Shown: positions 25,201-39,486 of the stretch, piece by piece
Layout: each line of letters begins with the position of its first letter
Numbering within the stretch: the first letter of the stretch is position 1
From: Psammoneis japonica
Lineage: Eukaryota
Assembly (NCBI GenBank): GCA_008632985.1
Contig: QPGO01000133.1
Coordinates: 1-64,000 of the forward strand
Length of the DNA stretch: 64,000 bases
Reading direction: 5' to 3'
Notes under the pieces: model-generated
Told to the model about the DNA's origin: nothing
What the model saw: the letters and a program-made list of their open reading frames with translations, nothing else
Database searches by the model: none
Position numbers and translations under genes: made by a program

Positions 25201-28200
25201 ACATCCCTTGGGCCGATTTTCGCGATTCTTGTTTCATCACTGATGGAAATTGTACAAGGAATCCAAGAGGCTTGGTTTTGTTGTGCAAAATTCCATTCTG
25301 TGCAGATGGATTTATTGGATGCCGTGCGCACAGAAATGATGCTTCAATTGGAAGGGGCGCTCCAGCGATGTTGTGGATTGAACAAGGAAGAATGAAGCCC
25401 TGGACACGCACTGCATGTGACAAGAACATTAAATGTGAATGTCAAACATGGCACGGGGTTTTTTACATCAGTTGATCATGTCGGGTTGCCTTGATTTGAC
25501 AGAACATTCCACGGCACCAACCGGTTTGACATGTGGCTGGAAATCGGCTTCCTCCAGTGTTCCAACCAATTTGACCTTGCTTGCATGGGCAAGCTGTTGT
25601 CGCCTGGTTCGGGCATTCCATGCGCCTTTAGACCCATCCACCACGACATCGTTGGGGGTTGTTTGAATGGCCTCTGGTTGGTGAAGTCTTGTTCACATTG
25701 ACAAGTCACCCCGCCAAGAAATGACGTGAGTGCCATCAAGGTTGGCTTGTAGTGCTTTTTAGACGGCATGGTCTCGGTTGCATTGTTGCATAAATCTGTC
25801 AAAAACGCGACGCACCATGCAACAACCCGGTTGTTTCGATGCGGGAAAAATTCCCGTGCTTCCTCCACAAGAACACGGAAGATACGGTCGCTGAAGTGGG
25901 GCAACGGTCAGTACAATGTGTAGAATTCAACGGAGAAATACTACGGAATACAACATGGGTTGTATTCCCGGGATAATGTGGAGGTAGACGGAAAGAATGC
26001 AACCCTGGGTACAACTGCGTAGGGTCTAGTACTTCTTCTACAGGGTCACCAGGAAAGCACAGACACCGACTTCCGCTACATCAACCTGCAGCACCCTCCA
26101 AGACGCGCAGCTGCGAAGACAACCAAAAAAGAAAACGATCGCGACAATGGCCTCCCTTGCGTCGCTGACATCCACATCTATTTTTGCCGTATTTTCCCGT
26201 TTCTTTTCGCAGCATTCGGAGCTTTTATACAAGCAACATGATGGGCTAGTGGTGCTGGCGTTGAGTTCAATCCGTCGAGGCGGATTTGTCGCTGAAGGTG
26301 CAGTGCAGAAATTGTGAGAATGCAGCATCAACATGACGGATTTTTGTGACATGCTATTGCATCTTTGGTGTTGTTTCTCACTTCTTGTCATCATTTTGAC
26401 GCATGTGCCACAAGGTGTCCACGGGGCTTGGGTTTTTATGGTGCTGACTTTCTCTTCGGAACTTGTCGTTGAATGATCAAAATTGAGCTGCCACTGGAAT
26501 TTATGGCAAAGAGTTGGCGGCGGTGATGTCTCAACATCCCTTGGGCCGATTTTCGCGATTCTTGTTTCATCACTGATGGAAATTGTACAAGGAATCCAAG
26601 AGGCTTGGTTTTGTTGTGCAAAATTCCATTCTGTGCAGATGGATTTGTTGGATGCCGTGCACACAGAAATGATGCTTCAATTGGAAGGGGCGCTCCAGCG
26701 ATGTTGTGGATTGAACAAGGAAGAATGAAGCCCCAGACACGCACTGCATGTGACAAGAATGTTAAATGTGAATGTCAAACATGGCACGGGGTTTTTTACG
26801 TCAGTTGATCGTGTCGGGTTGCCTTGATTTGACAGAACATTCCACGGCACCAACCGGTTTGACATGTGGCTGGAAATCGGCTTCCTCCAGTGTTCCAACC
26901 AATTTGACCTTGCTTGCATGGGCAAGCTGTTGTCGCCTGGTTCGGGCGTTCCAAACGCCTTTAGACCCATCCACCACGACATCGTTGGGGGTTGTTTGAA
27001 TGGCCTCTGGTTGGTGAAGTCTTGTTCACATTGACAAGTCACCCCGCCAAGAAATGACGTGAGTGCTGTCAAGGTTGGCTTGCAATGCTTTTTAGACGGC
27101 ATGGTCTCGGTTGTGTTGTTGCACAAATCCATCAAAAACGCGACGTACCATGCAACAACCCGGTTGTTTCGATGCGGGAAAAATTCCCGTGCTTCCTCCA
27201 CAAGAACACGGAAGATGCGGTCGCTGAAGTGGGGCAACGGTCAGTGCAATGTGCAGAATTCAACGGAGAAATGCTACGGGGTGCAACATGGGTTGCATTC
27301 CCGGGATAATGTGGAGGTAGACGGAAAGAATGCAACCCTGGGTACAACTGCGTAGGGTCTAGTGCTTCTTCTACAGGGTCACCAGGAAAGCACAGACACC
27401 GACTTCCGCCACATCAACCTGCAGCACCCTCCAAGACGCGCAGCTGCGAAGACAACCAAAAAAGAAAACGATCGCGACAATGGCCTCCCTTGCGTCGCTG
27501 ATGTCTGTGTCCATTTTTGCCGCATTTTCCCGTTTCTTTTCGCAGCATTCGGAGCTTTCACACAAGCAATGTGATGGGCCAGTGGTGCTGGCGTTGAGTT
27601 CAATCCGTCGAGGCGGATTTGTCGCTGAAGGTGCAGTGCAGAAATTGCGAGAATGCAGCATCAACATGACGGATTTTTGTGACATGCTGTTGCATCTTTG
27701 GTGTTGTTTCTCACTTCTTGTCATCATTTTGACGCATGTGCCACAAGGTGTCCACGGGGCTTGGGTTTTTATGGTGCTGACTTTCTCTTCGGAACTTGTC
27801 GTTGAATGATCAAAATTGAGCTGCCACTGGAATTTATGGCAAAAAGTTGGCGGCGGTGATGTCTCAACATCCCTTGGGCCGATTTTCGCAATTCTTGTTT
27901 CATCACCAATGGAAATTGTACAAGGAATCCAAGAGGCTTGGTTTTGTTGTGCAAAATTCCATTCTGTGCAGATGGATTTATTGGATGCCGTGCGCACAGA
28001 AATGATGCTTCAATTGGAAGGGGCGCTCCAGCGATGTTGTGGATTGAACAAGGAAGAATGAAGCCCCAGACACGCACTGCATGTGACAAGAATGTTAAAT
28101 GTGAATGTCAAACATGGCACGGGGTTTTTTACGTCAGTTGATCGTGTCGGGTTGCCTTGATTTGACAGAACATTCCACGGCACCAACCGGTTTGACATGT

Positions 28201-31200
28201 GGCTGGAAATCGGCTTCCTCCAGTGTTCCAACCAATTTGACCTTGCTTGCATGGGCAAGCTGTTGTTGCCTGGTTCGGGCGTTCCATGCGCCTTTAGACC
28301 CATCCACCACGACATCGTTGGGGGTTGTTTGAATGGCCTCTGGTTGGTGAAGTCTTGTTCACATTGACAAGTCACCCCGCCAAGAAATGACGTGAGTGCT
28401 GTCAAGGTTGGCTTGTGACACTTTTTAGACGGCATGGTCTCGGTTGTGTTGTTGCACAAATCTGTCAAAAACGCGACGTGCCATGCAACAACCCGGTTGT
28501 TTCGACACGGGAAAAATTCCCGTGCTTCCTCCACAAGAACACGGAAGATGCGGTCGCTGAAGTGGGGTGACGGTCAGTGCAATGTGTAGAATTCAAAGGA
28601 GAAATGCTACGGAGTGCAACATGGGTTGTATTCCCGGGATGATGTGGAGGTAGACGGAAAGAATACAACCCTGGGTACAACTGCGCAGGGTCCAGCACTT
28701 CTTCTACAGGGTCACCAGGAAAGCACAGACACCGACTTCCGCTACATCAACCTGCAGCACCCTCCAAGACGCGCAGCTGCGAAGACAACCAAAAAAGAAA
28801 ACGATCGCGACAATGGCCTCCCTTGCGTCGCTGACATCCATGTCTGTTTTTGCCGCATTTTCCCGTTTCTTTTCGCAGCATTCGGAGCTTTTATACAAGC
28901 AATGTGATGGGCTAGTGGTGCTGGCGTTGAGTTCAATCCGTCGAGGCGGATTTGTCGCTGAAGGTGCAGTGCAGAAATTGTGAGAATGCAGCATCAACAT
29001 GACGGATTTTTGTGACATGCTGTTGCATCTTTGGTGTTGTTTCTCACTTCTTGTCATCATTTTGACGCATGTGCCACAAGGTGTCCACGGGGCTTGGGTT
29101 TTTATGGTGCTGACTTTCTCTTCGGAACTTGTCGTTGAATGATCAAAATTGAGCTGCCACTGGAATTTATGGCAAAGAGTTGGCGGCGGTGATGTCTCAA
29201 CATCCCTTGGGCCGATTTTCGCAATTCTTGTTTCATCACCAATGGAAATTGTACAAGGAATCCAAGAGGCTTGGTTTTGTTGTGCAAAATTCCATTCTGT
29301 GCAGATGGATTTGTTGGATGCCGTGCACACAGAAATGATGCTTCAATTGGAAGGGGCGCTCCAGCGATGTTGTGGATTGAACAAGGAAGAATGAAGCCCC
29401 AGACACGCACTGCATGTGACAAGAATGTCAAATGTGAGTGTCAAACATGGCACGGGGTTTTTTACGTCAGTTGATCGTGTTGGGTTGCCTTGATTTGACA
29501 GAACATTCCATGGCACCAACCGGTTTGACATGTGGCTGGAAATCGGCTTCCTCCAGTGTTCCAACCAATTTGACCTTGCTTGCATGGGCAAGCTGTTGTC
29601 GCCTGGTTCGGGCGTTCCACACGCCTTTAGACCCATCCACCACGACATCGTTGGGGGTTGTTTGAATGGCCTCTGGTTGGTGAAGTCTTGTTCACATTGA
29701 CAAGTCACCCCGCCAAGAAATGACGTGAGTGCTGTCAAGGTTGGCTTGCAATGCTTTTTAGACGGCATGGTCTCGGTTGTGTTGTTGCACAAATCTGTCA
29801 AAAACGCGACGCACCATGCAACAACCCGGTTGTTTCGATGCGGGAAAAATTCCCGTGCTTCCTCCACAAGAACACGGAAGATGCGGTCGCTGAAGTGGGG
29901 TAACGGTCAGTGCAATGTGTAGAATTCAACGGAGAAATGCTGCGGAATACAACATGGGTTGTATTCCCGGGACAATGTGGAGGTAGACGGAAAGAATGCA
30001 ACCCTGGGTACAACTGCGTAGGGTCTAGTGCTTCTTCTACAGGGTCACCAGGAAAGCACAGACACCGACTTCCGCTACATCAACCTGCAGCACCCTCCAA
30101 GACGCGCAGCTGCGAAGACAACCAAAAAAGAAAACGATCGCGACAATGGCCTCCCTTGCGTCGCTGATGTCTACATCTGTTTTTGCCGTATTTTCCCGTT
30201 TCTTTTCGCAGCATTCGGAGCTTTTACACAAGCAATGTGATGGGCCAGTGGTGCTGGCGTTGAGTTCAATCCGTCGAGGCGGATTTGTCGCTGAAGGTGC
30301 AGTGCAGAAATTGTGAGAATGCAGCATCAACATGACGGATTTTTGTGACATGCTATTGTGTCTTTGGTGTTGTTTCTCACTTCTTGTCATCATTTTGACG
30401 CATGTGCCACAAGGTGTCCACGGGGCTTGGGTTTTTATGGTGCTGACTTTCTCTTCGGAACTTGTCGTTGAATGATCAAAATTGAGCTGCCACTGGAATT
30501 TATGGCAAAGAGTTGGCGGCGGTGATGTCTCAACATCCCTTGGGCCGATTTTCGCGATTCTTGTTTCATCACCAATGGAAATTGTACAAGGAATCCAAGA
30601 GGCTTGGTTTTGTTGTGCAAAATTCCATTCTGTGCAGATGGATTTATTGGATGCCGTGCGCACAGAAATGATGCTTCAATTGGAAGGGGCGCTCCAGCGA
30701 TGTTGTGGATTGAACAAGGAAGAATGAAGCCCTAGACACGCACTGCATGTGACAAGAATGTTAAATGTGAATGTCAAACATGGCACGGGGTTTTTTACGT
30801 CAGTTGATCATGTCGGGCTGCCTTGATTTGACAGAACATTCCACGGCACCAACCGGTTTGACATGTGGCTGGAAATCGGCTTCCTCCAGTGTTCCAACCA
30901 ATTTGACCTTGCTTGCATGGGCAAGCTGTTGTCGCCTGGTTCGGGCGTTCCATGCGCCTTTAGACCCATCCACCACGACATCGTTGGGGGTTGTTTGAAT
31001 GGCCTCTGGTTGGTGAAGTCTTGTTCACATTGACAAGTCACCCCGCCAAGAAATAACGTGAGTGCTATCAAGGTTTGCTTGTAATACTTTTTAGACGGCA
31101 TGGTCTCGGTTGTATTGTTGCATAAATCTATCAAAAACGCGACGTACCATGCAACAACCCGGTTGTTTCGATACGGGAAAAATTCCCGTGCTTCCTCCAC

Positions 31201-31311
31201 AAGAACACGGAAGATACGGTCGCTGAAGTGGGGTAACGGTCAGTACAATGTGTAGAATTCAACGGAGAAATACTACGGAATACAACATGGGTTGTATTCC
31301 CGGGATAATGT
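22228..31311. repeat. Tandem array of a 1333-bp unit, about 6.8 copies
   Basis: ORF track recurs at exact 1333 spacing (23372, 24705, 26038, 27371, 28704, 30037). Units start at 22228, 23561, etc.; the array ends at 31311. Confidence 0.97.
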
Positions 31312-31421
31312 ACCGGTACTCTATTCTCTATTGTATTGTCTCATCATTAATCACTCATCATTGTTGGTGCTCTTTTTCTTCTGCTGCACTACGTACTACT
31401 GCTATCGATCAAGCTTGTGTC

Positions 31422-32719
31422 ATGAGCAGAGCGCTTGTTTCACTGCTTCTTGCGTTTGAAGCAACTTCTTCTTCTTGTTGGCATGCCGCCAGTGGTTTTT
31501 CTCCCGCAGCATCAACACCACCCCGCATAAAGCATTATGAGATGACAACTATTTTAAAGATGCAACAAAAACCACACTCGCCACAGCAGCAGCAACAACA
31601 ACAACAATTACGACGAAGGCAGCTTATAAGTTTGGGTCTTGGTGTATTGACGGCACCGCTGTTTTTGCCACGACCTCACGCACGCGCTGCGGTGGTGGAT
31701 GAACGCAACACTTTTGCCAACACGGCTTTCGATTCTTCGTATCGCAACGAGGAAACTCCAACGACGACTTCATCTTCGTCATCCATAGCTCCAACAGATG
31801 AGATTACCATTGAAATTAATTTGAGTGATTTGAATGCAAATAATGGTGGTGGATTGGGTATTGAATTGGGACAGATTGAGTTTCGGACCAATACACGTGT
31901 CGTGGTCAAGAGCGTCCGTCCCAATTCGTTGGCGTCCAAGGTTGGAATTCAACCCAATTGGGTCGTTGTTGGCGTCAATGGCCAGAGTGCCGAACGAACC
32001 GATGCCAAGGGAGTATCCATCATGGTAGCTCGAGCTTCCAAGAATAATGATGCATCATCGTTGGTACTGACCTTTCGCGATGCTTCCAAATTCAACAAGG
32101 ACTTGCAGAACTTGTCGCCCGATCAAACCGTCACGACCCAAGTTGCACCGGCGGGTGACACGACACAACGTCGAACCGACGGAAGTGTCAAGCTGGGATA
32201 CTCCGAAACCACACAGGAGGACCAACAGCTTTCCGTAACGCAACTGATTCCACCCAAATTGTGCAATCGTGGTGCACAAACGGATGATTTGTTGGAAATT
32301 TCGTATATTGGACTTTTGGCGGATACGGGACAAGTCTTTGATGGATCCGCAATCACCATTGATGGCAAAGCCATACCGGGACGTGGGAATGATGTGCCTT
32401 TGTTTTTTGTATTGAAAAAGCAGCCCTTTGGACAGTTTCCGCCCGGATGGGATGTCGGACTAGAAGGAATGTGTGTGGTACGTATATATGTAATGCTGAG
32501 TTTGGCTCGTCTTTCGATGGGTTCAGCCTTTCTGACAAATAATCCACGAATCGTTTCTTTTGCTTGCTCATCATATAGGGTGAACGCCGCCGAGTCATTA
32601 TACCTCCAGCGTTGGCCTATGGTAACAAGGGTGTTCCTCGACGTGGGATTCCACCAAATGCAACGCTACAATACGATATTACTCTCATTTCCATCAATGG
32701 CTTGGCCATGCCACAATAG
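31422..32719 (+). CDS. Thylakoid-lumen FKBP-type peptidyl-prolyl isomerase with PDZ-like domain
   Basis: ATG 31422; signal peptide ending ASG-FSP; twin-Arg RRRQLISLGLGVL...ARA lumen signal; PDZ-like GLGIEL. FKBP motifs VFDGS, PPGWDVGLEGMCV, then intron 32478-32578, then GERRRVIIPPALAYG...IPPNATLQYDITL. Confidence 0.9.
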
Positions 32720-33109
32720 AGTATGACTGATGCTCTTTTGTACAAACGCAATGCATGCTACGGTGGTGGAATATATGCATGCAGTTAGAGATGCCGATTG
32801 ATGGTCGAGGAGCCGTCAACCAGAAACAGTTTTGTATGAATGCTGTAAAAATCGTTACATTTATGCTAATTGCCACATCAATGTTCCAAACAATGTTGCA
32901 ATGCAAATGCCACAATCTATATATGCGTCGAAACAAAAAATAGTTATCGACTGACCTGTCTTAAACACTAGACCTTGGGAGCATCGACAGCTTGGTCAGC
33001 TCTTCTCAAAAAGACGCCATCATTCCTTTTTCATGAGTCATTGCAATTGTTTTTATCTTCTGACGCTCACATTCAGCCCAATTCAGACAGGTGCAAAGAT
33101 CAAGTCTAT

Positions 33110-35325
33110 GGAATTCACAGTCATTTGGCAATGCTGCAAGAACCATTGGAGACATGAGATTTTTCCTGTGGCTGGATCTGGCAGTGTCTCTTCAAATAAT
33201 TGGGGGAACAAATCAAGCCAGCGATGAAATGCATTGGCTCAATGACCTTCCAAGGAGGGCATTTCAGTGATGGTTTTTGCGAAGCAAACACCTCTGTGCA
33301 TGGAATTGCATGGAGTTTTGCAGCCACAAACTGAGCACAGTGCTCAACTTGGCTGAAGCAATCATGACTGAGCACAAAAGAGTTGCTCACAATTTGTGAA
33401 AGTGTGTGTGCTCTTTTGTGCCCCACTTGCAAAATTTCTCTTGCCCACCTTTGAAGCAAATGCAGCATGCTCATCTTGTGTGCCAAGTGGCTTTTCTGGT
33501 GTGCCCTGCTGAGTTGTGGCAGCATGCTTTTGTTGGACAGCCCAAATGCAACCAACACTGCCAACACCACACAATGCCAAGTCAAATGCTCTTCACTTTT
33601 TTCCATCTTGCTGGATTGTGACCCACCACTTTTCTGCCTCATCTTTCCATCAATTGTGTTGAGTTGATCTTGCTGCTTAAACTGCAAAGAGACTCTGCAA
33701 CAGCTGCTTGCATTTTGCTGCTCCTTGTCAAATGGAGTCACCAACCACTTGTTTCCAAGAACATTGCAGATTGGCCACATTTGATTGTGATTTTGTGGCC
33801 ATTGCTTGTGCTCCCTCTGACTTGCAATCAGAACCTGATCCCCTTGTGAGATCTGTGTGCAAATCTTGTTCAAGGACACGCTCCAACCAGTGGTCATTTG
33901 ATCAACTCAAACACCATTGACGACCAGCTCATGCTCGCAGAGCCACACATGGGACACAGACCTGGCTGCTGACTTTGTTTCACTTTGATTGCAACATTGT
34001 GGCAAAACACAGGGACACACCAATTGCAGCCATGCCCACCACAACAAATTGCTTCCTTCTGCCACCATCCACTGTGCTTGCTTGTGGTGAAAGAGGAATG
34101 TTGTGCAGAGGTTGTACCACTCAAAGCAAGTTTTTTCACTGTGCTGGCCACTCTCTGCACTGACAAACATCTTGGCAATCCAACCCAAGCACTGCACAGC
34201 ACTTGCCATTGCTCCATGACAGAGAAGCAACTGACTTTCATTTTTTCTCACAATCTCCAGCAGCCAAGCCATGGCACAGCAGGACACCTCCTCAATTTTT
34301 TCCAACTTTGTGCCCTTTTTTGCTTCAAGAGGCACCGCTGCTGGCTTTCAAGTGACAGCTCTGGTGCAGGTTGCACATCTTCAAATCATTGCAAACAAAG
34401 TCAAGTGATGACATTGGGAGCAAGAGCCTTTGCCAAACAGCAGAGCTCAAGAGCCGTCAAGAACAAGGGCTGAAATGGCCTTGCTGTGCTGTGGGTGTGT
34501 GCCATGGAACAAGTGACAAGAGACAAAATACAAGCACGGCAAACAGCCAATCAAATGACTTACAAAACATGCTTGAAAGCACAGCAGAGAAAGAGGAGAG
34601 CTTTTTGCTGGGATCTCATGGACTCATCAAGATGCCCTGCCCAAAAAACCTGCCATGCAGCCCAGCAAAGTCAACTCTAAATCCAGCAGCTGTGGCTGCA
34701 ACCACAGTGCCCCCCTGGCACAGAGCCAGCCAACACAAGTGCAGCTGTGCCCATTCAATTCAATGCTCAATGCATGCTGCCATCCAAACAGGGACAAAAA
34801 CACTCCTTGCCAGTCCAGCTTTCAGCCAAAAGCAGTGCTCAGCAAACATTGGCTGCAAACCCCTTTGCCACAGCCTCAGTTTCCAATGTTTTCAAGAATG
34901 CTGTTGTGGCTCCCGGAGGCACTTGGCCCACAACAGAAAGTGGAAAAGCAAATGGGGTTTCCACCTTTCCCACATGGCTTCCTGCTGGGAAAGTCAATGG
35001 CACAAACACAATGGGCCCCTGAGCATCTCCAAAAGCTCACGCCAAGGGTTTTGCTCTCCCCAAACCTGTCAAAACAACATCAATGCCCGGCTCACCCAAA
35101 CAAGCTGCAACAGCCACAAATGCATTGCTGGCAAAATTGCCCACCGCGCCAAATGCCAGAGTGAGTGCACCAGAACCAGCATGGTCCCCATTGGCCTCAA
35201 TTTGGCTTTGGAGGGAGTCGCGTCGCGCCGTTGTGCTCCCGCTGCCGCAGAGCCAAAGAGCACACACACACACAACAGTTGGCCAGCATTCGTTTTTTTT
35301 TTCTGTTTCCACACATGGCAGTTCC
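33110..35325. other. TpA/CpG-depleted degenerate block between convergent genes
   Basis: Almost no TA over 2.2 kb, with an abrupt return to normal composition after ~35330. Confidence 0.8.
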
Positions 35326-35448
35326 TAGCTAGAGGCAATGAAACACGGGCGGTGTCCCTGAAGAATTGTGTTTTACGGAACGTTGGAAGCTTTTGTTCTC
35401 TTGTACAAATTTCATGCTTTATGATGCTATATATTTTACGTCAAATTT

Positions 35449-38400
35449 TTATGGCAACCGACTTCCTGTTGGCGCCTCGCTGGGCGACATTGTGGGGGAT
35501 TCAGAAGGCGTTGGACACACCTTTTCGTGATTGGCAATTGAAGTATCTGAACACGTATCGTGGCAGCAACGACAGTTTACTTGTGGATCATCGCCCTCGC
35601 AGTCAACTTCAAGCTCGATGTACTCCTGGTAAGTCTCATTACAGAAAATGCAAGGCACATCATAGCCTTGTGGGAAGTCGTTATTGCGCAAGTTGGCTAA
35701 AAGAGAAACTGAGGAAAAACAGTGAAATTGTGTGTCCGTCATTTAGAAGTGTGGAGTATTTGCAACGCTTCATCATCGTAATAGTGCCCTACTGTTCAAC
35801 TCACCTCGTTCAATGACTTCAATCGAAGTGTCGGGTTCACCAATTTCCGTAAGAACATTATTCTCCAGATCCACCAAGTCTGTAAAGAACGCAAACAATG
35901 ACGAAAGGCATTAGTACTTTCCGAGGAACTTCCATAAGTACTTTTTCATGCATGCCTTCAAGAAAACTTACTTAATGCCTCCATGGTCCAGATTTCACCT
36001 GGAACCGTGCCCTGAAGCTTGTCATCCTCTGTAGCACGCTTCGTACAAATTGTTTTGTCGGTGCTGTTCTCAACGAAGTCATCGGAGCATAAAAAGCAGA
36101 ACTCGTCCTCCAACACCTCATTTGAGAGATATCTGCAGCTGTCGCCGGATATGGCATCTATTTCAACTTCTGTGCACTCTTCCTCGCACTGTGTGGCATT
36201 CGGTCCGCTGAAAGTATAGCAGGTCCGATTGACAGAGGCCACACATGGGTCGACTCGTAAATCAAGCGTTTCAAGATCTCTCAGGTGAGAAATTTCACGT
36301 GGGATCATCCTTTGTGCACCGTGCTTCCTGCGCTTCAGTTCGGAGACGTCTCCATCCGTGTTGCATTTCACTCCATCAAAATTGCAGAAATCCTCACGAA
36401 ACTCGCCATTCTCTTTCCAGTCGCAGTTTTCCTCACTTTCGCAGACAGCATCGCCAATCGCCATGTTGTAGAACTCCTTGAGGACGCACAGTTGGATTTT
36501 CTTGTAGATATTATCATCGTCTTTCGGGTCCTTTGTTCCTCCGTAAGTGATGAGCCCATCTGGGAGTGGAAGGACGAATGCAGTCGACACAAGGAATAGA
36601 TCGTACTTTGGCATGTCTTTAAGACCGCAGCAGAAATCGTCGCCGCCGGTCATTATCCTCTCGATGTTTCCATTCGTTTCTTCTAACGCGGGATAAGGTG
36701 CTTTCCAGGATTCGGATGGGTCATCAAACAGCAAGACCCACTGCGATAGCGAATCGAACAAACCATTATCAATAATACCGTCCCCTTCCGTGGACTTTTC
36801 ATCAACGCCCACGATGAACGACAGGACTCCCTCGTCACTGCACTTATAGTTCGTGTCAAGGAACTCGGGCATTGGAAGCGTCAGAATTTTTTTGGTGAAA
36901 AGATCGATTTCGACTTCGGCGTCCACGTTGACGACACAAATCTCAATCTCGATTTTGATTGAACCAATGAAAGGGATTTTGATTTCAATCTTAATCTCAG
37001 CGCAGATACTCAGCGTGAACTTGATAGGGATGGTCAAATCGAAATTGATATTGAATTCTTTCAGACGCAAAGGTATTCCCGGAATCACAGAAAGTGCTTT
37101 CGTCTCGTCTGGCTCTTCTTGAAACGTGTTATTACCTGGAGGCTGGTCAAGGCTACCATCGCACGTCACCGCTCCATCAAGAGTTAATCCTGCACGGACT
37201 GCTGGCTCAGAGGTCGCCGCATCAATACCCATGAAATTAAGACGGATTCCCAATCTCAATCCCACTTCAAAATTGAATGAAGCCTTGCAATCATCCATAA
37301 TTTCCAGTATGTCGGCCGGATCTGTTCGTTCTGGCTCTTTGGTCCTGCGCACAGGTGACACCTTTTTATTTTTGAATCGGATCCCGCCATAATCACCTTT
37401 TGCAGCAAAACGAATGCAGGGAAAGAACGGTTAGCAAGACGATAAACACTTTCAAGAAACAAGGATGCTCCAACTAGGTACAGTATTGTAGACGACTCAC
37501 CACCAGCTACTCTGTAGCCTAAGCTCAATCCTGTTTCCGCTTCCACCCCTGCGTTATAATCGTAGGCAAGAAATGGCCTCCAGGTGATAAATATGGGAAT
37601 TGGCACTGGAGGAGGAAGCGTAAATAGGACCACTTTCGTTTTCTTTCCTTCCCATAAATCATCTCCGCCTTCTATCTTCGGGAATGAAACTTGCACTGCA
37701 GCCCCTATGCTGAAAAGGTAGTCGTATCCTGCACCAAGCTCTGCTTCAAAACTCGAACCAATGACAACTCGTACTTTGAGATATGCCGTTAATTTTGCAG
37801 TGAAATCGAAGTTGAGAGTTCCAAGTTCGGTACCATTTGGTGTGGTTATTGGAACCTCCTCACTTTCTTCTAAATCAAGAACGTTGAATGGAAATTCCTT
37901 TTCCAACTCTGCCTTTGCCAGCGCTTTGCTGTCCGCAAAACGTTCCTCGACAAGCTGTCCGCAAAAGTTACGGAGGTTCTCACGAGCATTATCGTGGAAT
38001 GCATCGACTTGGGAATCAACGTACAGCGTTTCAAAGATAAAAGTTGGTGAACTGTCCACGGCAAGGATGTACTGATCCGTAGAATTGATATATCCAACTT
38101 TCATGACGAAGGGCTCGCCGTCCTCGAGGGTGCCGACGATCGTATCGTCTACTGCTACGTTCAGATCAAGAAAGTCGAGACCCATCACCGTAAGATTGTA
38201 GACGGTGGTTCTGCTGGGTGAGGCATTTTCGGTGAAATTACCGGTAGTTTCATTCCTTGTGTCAAATTCGAAGTCTTGACCTTCATCCATCGCGATGGTG
38301 TTGTTAACGACCCCGAAGACTTCCCGCATAAAAACCAAGGAAGAGTTGAAGGTCTTCACAATGACCCCGTCTTTCAATTTCGGATTAATTGGAGAAATAG

Positions 38401-39331
38401 CTACAGTCGCCTGGTTGTTGTTAGAGAGGAAGAGTTCGCCGACAGTTGCTACAACAAGAGCCGTGTACTCAACGTCTTCCGGTAGATCGCGGAACGAAAA
38501 GCTAGTCATATTTGTTGTAGTATTGGCCAAGGAAATATTGACGGGAGTGGGAATAGCTTCCGTACCACGTTCGAGAAAAAGTGATAAATGACTTCTTGCT
38601 GTCTCTCCCTCGTGCACCTTGCAGCTCCTTCACAAATGTCGCTGACAAATATCGGTTCTTTCCAAACCACGTCCAGCTGCTTGCGGAAGGTAGAATAAGC
38701 CGACTCGAGACCGAGAAAAATCACATCGGCATCCGTGCATACTTTGGGTGGCTTCGGACCGCCTTTCTTGCCACCTTTTCCAGTCGACGACTTCTTTCCT
38801 TGCTTTTTGCCAGAAGATTTCGTTCCTTTTTTCCCTTTCTTCGGACCGCCTTTCTTGCCGCCTTTTCCGTTCGACGACTTCTTTCCTTGCTTTTTGCCAG
38901 TAGATTTCGTTCCTTTCCGTGCTTTCTTCTTGCTGGTGGATGATTTCGTGCTGGTGCTGGATCCTTTCTCCCCCCCATCAAACTCCATGGCCTCGTCCCC
39001 CCCGACGGTGTTAGGTCTATAGCTACTCTGATGGTTGGCGTAGCCATGACCACGAAGTGTTCCTTGATCACCTTGGTTCTCCTGACTCCAAGTTGGTTTG
39101 TTGCTCTTGAAATCGCTTTCATGCTTGATTTCAGGATCAGCGCCATTTCGAGTCTACAAGAAAGGGTCAAAAGTATTTGTCAGAGTTGGCAGAGTAAGTT
39201 TATTCGTCACAGAGTAGCCACGGCACGCTCTTTGCCGTCATACTTCTACTTACGAATTCCGCGCACGCAGATTTGGAGAAGAACATGGCGGTGGTCACCA
39301 TGCTCACAAAGAACGGCGCGAAAACTTTCAT
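35449..39331 (-). CDS. Large secreted multidomain protein (Lys/Gly-rich repeats, beta-rich domains, LRRs, Cys-rich and PSxSPT tail); one apparent frameshift near 38580
   Basis: Exon 1 (39331-39254) encodes signal peptide MKVFAPFFVSMVTTAMFFSKSACA; intron 39253-39154; ORFs 38988-38506, 38617-37256, 37361-35958 and 35742-35449. LRR-like IPREISHLRDLETLDL and LQGTVPGEI. Confidence 0.7.
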
Positions 39332-39486
39332 TGTCTTTGTTGATCAAGGACGGTGCTATACGGTAATTGTTGAACGATCGATATAAAATTACTGACTTTC
39401 TGTGACGAAACCAAAATTGTGAGATTGTGCGGATCTTTGATTTTTAGGCTGGAAGGGAGGAGTCTTGTGATCAGTCGACTTCAAAA

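Noticed and set aside
22228..31311. CRISPR array or rDNA/histone repeat
   Set aside because: The whole 1333-bp unit repeats with no unique spacers, and there are no rRNA or histone motifs.
31248..31421. N-terminal extension of the FKBP ORF
   Set aside because: It begins inside the tandem array; the targeting signal starts at ATG 31422.
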